From an uncultured cyanobacterium (GTDB taxonomy: Bacteria > Cyanobacteriota > Cyanobacteriia > Cyanobacteriales > CAWUOF01), in contig CAVUSO010000001.1 of NCBI GenBank assembly GCA_963744145.1, positions 64,001 through 128,000 on the forward strand: a stretch of DNA of 64,000 bases, written 5' to 3'. The position numbers and the translations under genes are program-made. Under the pieces are notes generated by a model that was given only the letters and a program-made list of their open reading frames with translations, ran no database searches and was not told the origin of the DNA. The first letter of the stretch is position 1. Each line of letters starts with the position of its first letter. Shown piece after piece: positions 59,739 to 64,000 of the stretch.

Positions 59739-60860
59739 TTAGGGTTTGATGGAGTCAACCGCTGTTTTTACTTTGGTTACTACTTCTGGAGGTAAGGGAA
59801 TATAACCTTTATCAGGGCTAGATTTTTGTCCATCGGTTAAAGCCCAGTTCAACACATCTTTTAATGCTTTGGCGGTGTCAGGTTTATCGTACTTTTGGTA
59901 AGCCAGAATCCAGGTATAAGTAACAATGGGATAAGAAGCATCACCTTCGGGATCAGAAATAAAAGCACGTAGATTTTCTGGTAATTGCACCGAAGCTAGG
60001 GTTTTAGCCCCAGATTCTGGAGTAGCTTCAACATACTTACCGGCTTTATTTTCTAAAACCGCCATATTCAATTGATTTTGTTTGGCGTAGCCATATTCAG
60101 TATAGCTAATTGTACCTTTGGTTTGTTTAAGTAAAGTAGTGATCCCTTCATTACCCTTAGCACCTACAAAACCATCATTTTTTGGCCATTCGACAGTTTT
60201 ACCATCTCCAATCGAGCTTTTCCATTCTGGGCTAATGGCACTTAAATGCTTAGTAAAAACAGCAGTTGTACCACTACCATCGGCTCGGTGTACTACAGTA
60301 ATTGGTAAAACTGGCAACTTCAGTTCTGGGTTAGCTGCAACAATCTTAGGATCATTCCATTTGGTAATTTTGCCAGAAAATATATCAGTATAAACTGCCC
60401 GTGATAGCTTGAGACCAGCTGACACATCAGGTATGTTATAAGCTATAACTATGCTACCAGCAGTCATGGGTAATAAAACTACACCTTTGTCTTTGGGAAC
60501 CTTCGCTATTTCCTCGTCCTTCATGGCCACATCACTAGCCCCAAAGTCTACCGTTCCTTTGATTACTTGCTCTACACCTGCACCACTACCAGAGGATTGA
60601 TAGCTAATTTGGACATTAGGATGAAGTTTATTGTAACTGGCAAACCAATCTTGATACAAAGGAGCAGGAAAAGTTGCACCTGCACCACTCAAACTAATCG
60701 TCGGACCAGCTGCGGGTGGGGGTGCATTGGTACTTGTTGGTGGTGTAGTTGTTCCTTCTGGAGCAGGTGGTTTGGGTTTTGGCGCACAGGAAGCTATGCT
60801 CAGGGTGAGGGCGATCGCGGGTAGGAAAAAAGCCTTTTTGGTGAAGCTAGGGAAAACCAT
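59739..60860 (-). CDS. pstS: Phosphate ABC transporter substrate-binding lipoprotein PstS
   Basis: GAGATFP, GSGAG, DFGASD, RADGSGTT, YPI and lipobox IASC. ATG 60860 preferred over the longer track ORF. Confidence 0.93.
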   Translation of the reverse strand: MVFPSFTKKAFFLPAIALTLSIASCAPKPKPPAPEGTTTPPTSTNAPPPAAGPTISLSGAGATFPAPLYQDWFASYNKLHPNVQISYQSSGSGAGVEQVIKGTVDFGASDVAMKDEEIAKVPKDKGVVLLPMTAGSIVIAYNIPDVSAGLKLSRAVYTDIFSGKITKWNDPKIVAANPELKLPVLPITVVHRADGSGTTAVFTKHLSAISPEWKSSIGDGKTVEWPKNDGFVGAKGNEGITTLLKQTKGTISYTEYGYAKQNQLNMAVLENKAGKYVEATPESGAKTLASVQLPENLRAFISDPEGDASYPIVTYTWILAYQKYDKPDTAKALKDVLNWALTDGQKSSPDKGYIPLPPEVVTKVKTAVDSIKP

Positions 60861-60897
60861 TTTTTTTTGTAAAAAGTTATACAGGGGAACAGGGTGA

Positions 60898-60964
60898 ATC
60901 ATACTCCTTAAATGTAAAGAAGAGGTTAAGGCTAGGTTTTTTATATTTAACACCCATTTAACCC
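60898..60964 (-). promoter_or_regulatory. Pho-box-like (SphR) repeats and -10 element upstream of pstS
   Basis: Minus strand AAAAACCT-N3-CTTAACCT-N3-CTTTACAT at 11-bp period, followed by TATGAT. Two further TTTAAC(A/C)C units on the + strand. Confidence 0.65.
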
Positions 60965-61054
60965 GAAAATTTTCAATAAGTAGTATTGCGAAGCTTTGGA
61001 TGTCATAAATGTACTAAAATAAATTAAGCACAATATTATTTTCCCCCAAAAGTT

Positions 61055-61813
61055 ATGGAATCTATTCCTTTTTTAAAGGTTGAACAAGAGTCAATTTTTC
61101 TCAATCAATTTATCAAATATCTCCGAGTTGCAACGAGGTTACAACCGATCGTCGGAGAATTTCTGCGCTATTATATTCTCGACCAAGAATTAGCACAACA
61201 CCCAGAAATTAAAATTGAGCCTTTCCAAATTGATCAATCTATCATGGATTTTCGATTGGAGCATCAATTAGCTGATCCCCAGATTTTCCAACGTTGGTTA
61301 ATCACTAATCTGCTTACCTACGAAGAGTTTTATCAGCAAATGGCTTTTAATCTCAAAATTGAACAACTTAAACTTGAACTTACTCAATCAAAAGTAGAGA
61401 CATATTTTAGCGAACGTAAACTTTTTTTAGAGCAAGTGGTTCTGTCCCGGATCATTGTAGAAGAGCCAGAATTAGCTGAAAATCTTAAACAAAAAATTCT
61501 TCATCATCAAAGCTCCTTTGAACAATTAGCTCGGGAAAATTCTATCACCAGTGACCGAATTGTGAATGGGATGATTGGTGCAATTAGTCGGGCTCAAATT
61601 CAAGATCCCTTAAAAACAGCAATAGAGACTACCCAACCTGGGGAAATAATTGGTCCTTTAGCGATCGAAGGAAGATATTTTTTATTTCGGATTGAACAAT
61701 TTATCCATCCAGTGCTGGATGAAGCAACTAAGCACGATTTACAAAATCAGCTATTCGAGCAATGGTTACAAGAAAAATTACAAAAGTTGACCGTTAAGCT
61801 AGAAATGATTTAA
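61055..61813 (+). CDS. Parvulin/PpiC-type peptidylprolyl isomerase
   Basis: VVLSRIIV, FEQLARENS, NGMIG, GEIIGP, LFEQWL. Confidence 0.85.
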   Translation: MESIPFLKVEQESIFLNQFIKYLRVATRLQPIVGEFLRYYILDQELAQHPEIKIEPFQIDQSIMDFRLEHQLADPQIFQRWLITNLLTYEEFYQQMAFNLKIEQLKLELTQSKVETYFSERKLFLEQVVLSRIIVEEPELAENLKQKILHHQSSFEQLARENSITSDRIVNGMIGAISRAQIQDPLKTAIETTQPGEIIGPLAIEGRYFLFRIEQFIHPVLDEATKHDLQNQLFEQWLQEKLQKLTVKLEMI

Positions 61814-61816
61814 AAA

Positions 61817-62110
61817 TTAAATATCCTCACCATCATTTTCTTCAAAGGTAGCGACTAAACGTTGGAGAGCATCAGTAAGTTTGGTCAAGCGTTCTAAAGA
61901 ATTTTCTTGAGTTTCTGCTAGAGTTTGTACTGCATCACTCAAGGCAAAAATTTGGTAACCTTGTTGTTGAATTTGCTGTGCTTGTTGTTGGACTTGTGTG
62001 GTTAAGATATCCATTCGTTCAGCCATCCGCTCAATTGTTTCGGTTGTGGCAATCATGGCTTCACCTAGTTGTTCTACAATTGACTCTAAACGAGTTAATT
62101 TAACTTCCAC
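61817..62110 (-). CDS. Hypothetical coiled-coil protein
   Basis: 97-aa ORF with heptad pattern; GAGGAG upstream of the GTG start. Confidence 0.65.
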   Translation of the reverse strand: MEVKLTRLESIVEQLGEAMIATTETIERMAERMDILTTQVQQQAQQIQQQGYQIFALSDAVQTLAETQENSLERLTKLTDALQRLVATFEENDGEDI

Positions 62111-62742
62111 TCCTCACACCTCTTTTGATTCAATGGTTAATTGGTAGATGGATCGGTAATTTTTGGTAGATCCCTCTGGTTGGGATCTAATGTACCAACT
62201 ATGATCACTAATTAAACATATATGCAGTTAACAGAGATCAAAAATTTTTCCTAGTTTAAAGTCTGGCTGGACTACTGCTCCAATCTCAGTCGCCGTAATT
62301 ATATGATATAGTGGTAATGAGTGGGGTAATGGCCATGATCCGATAATTTTTTGTTGATAAATTTTATTAATATGGCCAATTAGTTTTGGTATATAAAGAT
62401 ACTGCACTGAATATATTGGTGAACTTTGATTATTTTTTTTGATATTAATTAGAAACCCTTGATGAAAGCTGTAGTGGTTTAGTCCTTGATGGTCTGATGA
62501 GTGATTAAAACCTAGGGGAAATATTGATAATGAGCAAATAAATATATTTATTTGCTTCAGGATTAGTCAATTAAATATTGATAAATAATTAATCTCAATG
62601 ATTAAATTAGATCTCGATCATCAAAAATAGGTTAAATTTTTTAGCAAAAACTCAAAAATATGTTAATCTAAAAATATCCGTCCGGAAAGATGATAAAATT
62701 ATTGTTTAATAAATATGAAATTTGTCATTAGAGTAAACCCCA

Positions 62743-64000
62743 ATGGTTAATAATTTAAAGCTACGCTCCCGAATTTTGACAGGATATTCAGTACCTTTAC
62801 TGCTATCAGTAATAGCAGCCGGAGTAGTATACGTTCAAGCTGAAAGTGTATCACAACAATCCGAGCGCGAAAAGATGGGTCAACAGATTGTCAGATCCTC
62901 CAATCAGTTGCAATTGAGTATTGTCTTAATGCAACGAGCTGGGAGAGGTTATCTACTCGATCGCAATCCAGAAAATTTAAAGGATTTTAGCAGTGCAATT
63001 CAGTTATTTAATGAATCAGAAAAAGATTTGAAAAAGCTGGTTGAAGTCCAAATCCAAAAAGACCGATTACAACACATTATCGACTTATCCCAAGAATCAA
63101 TTACCTTAAATCGTGAATTAATTGCCGAAATCCAATCTGGCAAAATGAAAGAAGCAATGCAAATTTATACTTCTAATCAACGCCAAACTATTACTAACCA
63201 CTTAGAAGAATTTCTTGATACTTTTAATAAAGCCGAAGATGAAATCCAACAATTAAAACGTCAGCAAAGTGACCAAACCTTACGTTCATTAATTCTAGTT
63301 GTTTTAATCACCACCTTAATTTCAATTATTTTAGCATTAATATTGGGCTGGATTATTGCTGCTCAGATCACCACTACTATCCATGAAAGCGTTAATAATA
63401 TTGCCAGTACCTCAACGCAAATTGCTACTGCGGTGGAAGAACAAGAACGTACTATTGATCAACAAGCAGCCGCAGTGCATCAAACCACAACCACCATGGA
63501 TGAATTAGGAGTTTCCTCTCGACAATCAGCTCACCAAGCAGAATTAGTTCGAGCAAAAATCGAAGTAATTTCTACTCAAATGCTAGGATTAATTGACCAA
63601 GTTAAGCAAATTGATCATATTGCGAATATGGTTAGCGAAATTGCCAATCAAACTAATATGTTAGCACTAAATGCGGCGGTAGAAGCAGTCAGAGCGGGAG
63701 AACATGGTAAAGGATTTGGAGTAGTAGCTGGTGAAATTCGTAAACTAGCTGATCAGAGCAAAAAATCAGCCGAAAAAATTACTAATTTAGTTAGTCAAAT
63801 TCAACAATCTACTAATAATGCAGTCGTCATTTCAGCAACTGGAACTAAAAGCGTTGAAAGTGTGGTATCTGCAATCAATGATATTGCTGTTAATACTCAA
63901 CAAATTTCCTTGAGTGCTCAGCAACAAGCTACTGCGATCGGACAAGTAGCCCAAGCAATGAACCAATTAAATCAAGCAGCACAACAAACCGTTACCGGGA
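62743..64000 (+). CDS. Methyl-accepting chemotaxis protein (CHASE3-like sensor), truncated by the window end
   Basis: ATG 62743, two TM helices, [39 protein letters not shown]. Open to the window end and absent from the ORF track. Confidence 0.92.
   Translation, partial: MVNNLKLRSRILTGYSVPLLLSVIAAGVVYVQAESVSQQSEREKMGQQIVRSSNQLQLSIVLMQRAGRGYLLDRNPENLKDFSSAIQLFNESEKDLKKLVEVQIQKDRLQHIIDLSQESITLNRELIAEIQSGKMKEAMQIYTSNQRQTITNHLEEFLDTFNKAEDEIQQLKRQQSDQTLRSLILVVLITTLISIILALILGWIIAAQITTTIHESVNNIASTSTQIATAVEEQERTIDQQAAAVHQTTTTMDELGVSSRQSAHQAELVRAKIEVISTQMLGLIDQVKQIDHIANMVSEIANQTNMLALNAAVEAVRAGEHGKGFGVVAGEIRKLADQSKKSAEKITNLVSQIQQSTNNAVVISATGTKSVESVVSAINDIAVNTQQISLSAQQQATAIGQVAQAMNQLNQAAQQTVTG

Overview
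Cyanobacterial chromosomal window (AT-rich, frequent HIP1 GCGATCGC octamers, heptamer tandem repeats and small dispersed repeats). The left ~35 kb is accessory DNA. It holds a DUF4347 secreted beta-helix protein, hypAB, and a tandem pair of triple-TIR genes: one ends in 21 near-identical WD40 repeats that carry an in-frame MITE, the other in a membrane helix plus coiled coil. It also holds a decayed opine-dehydrogenase/MATE/GUN4 segment, an OsmC + acyl-CoA-dehydrogenase-like + ABC + TetR operon, an EF-hand-methyltransferase fusion, two Uma2 nucleases, an Rpn-family nuclease, a TnpB IS200/IS605 element, a filamentous-haemagglutinin-like gene and an IscB-omegaRNA element. The right part is mostly signalling and housekeeping: REC-adenylate cyclase, hybrid kinase, two DUF928 genes, hisA, tspO, duplicated GH19 genes, plsX-fabH-fabD-plsC, dacB, lptC, an NYN/LabA-family gene, metG, tRNA-Lys(CTT), pstS, a PPIase and the start of an MCP. 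The best novelty candidates are the paired TIR locus with a hypervariable WD40 sensor, the IscB element with inverted 10-bp-period end motifs, and the calmodulin-like methyltransferase. All calls come from reading motifs by eye; no database searches were run.
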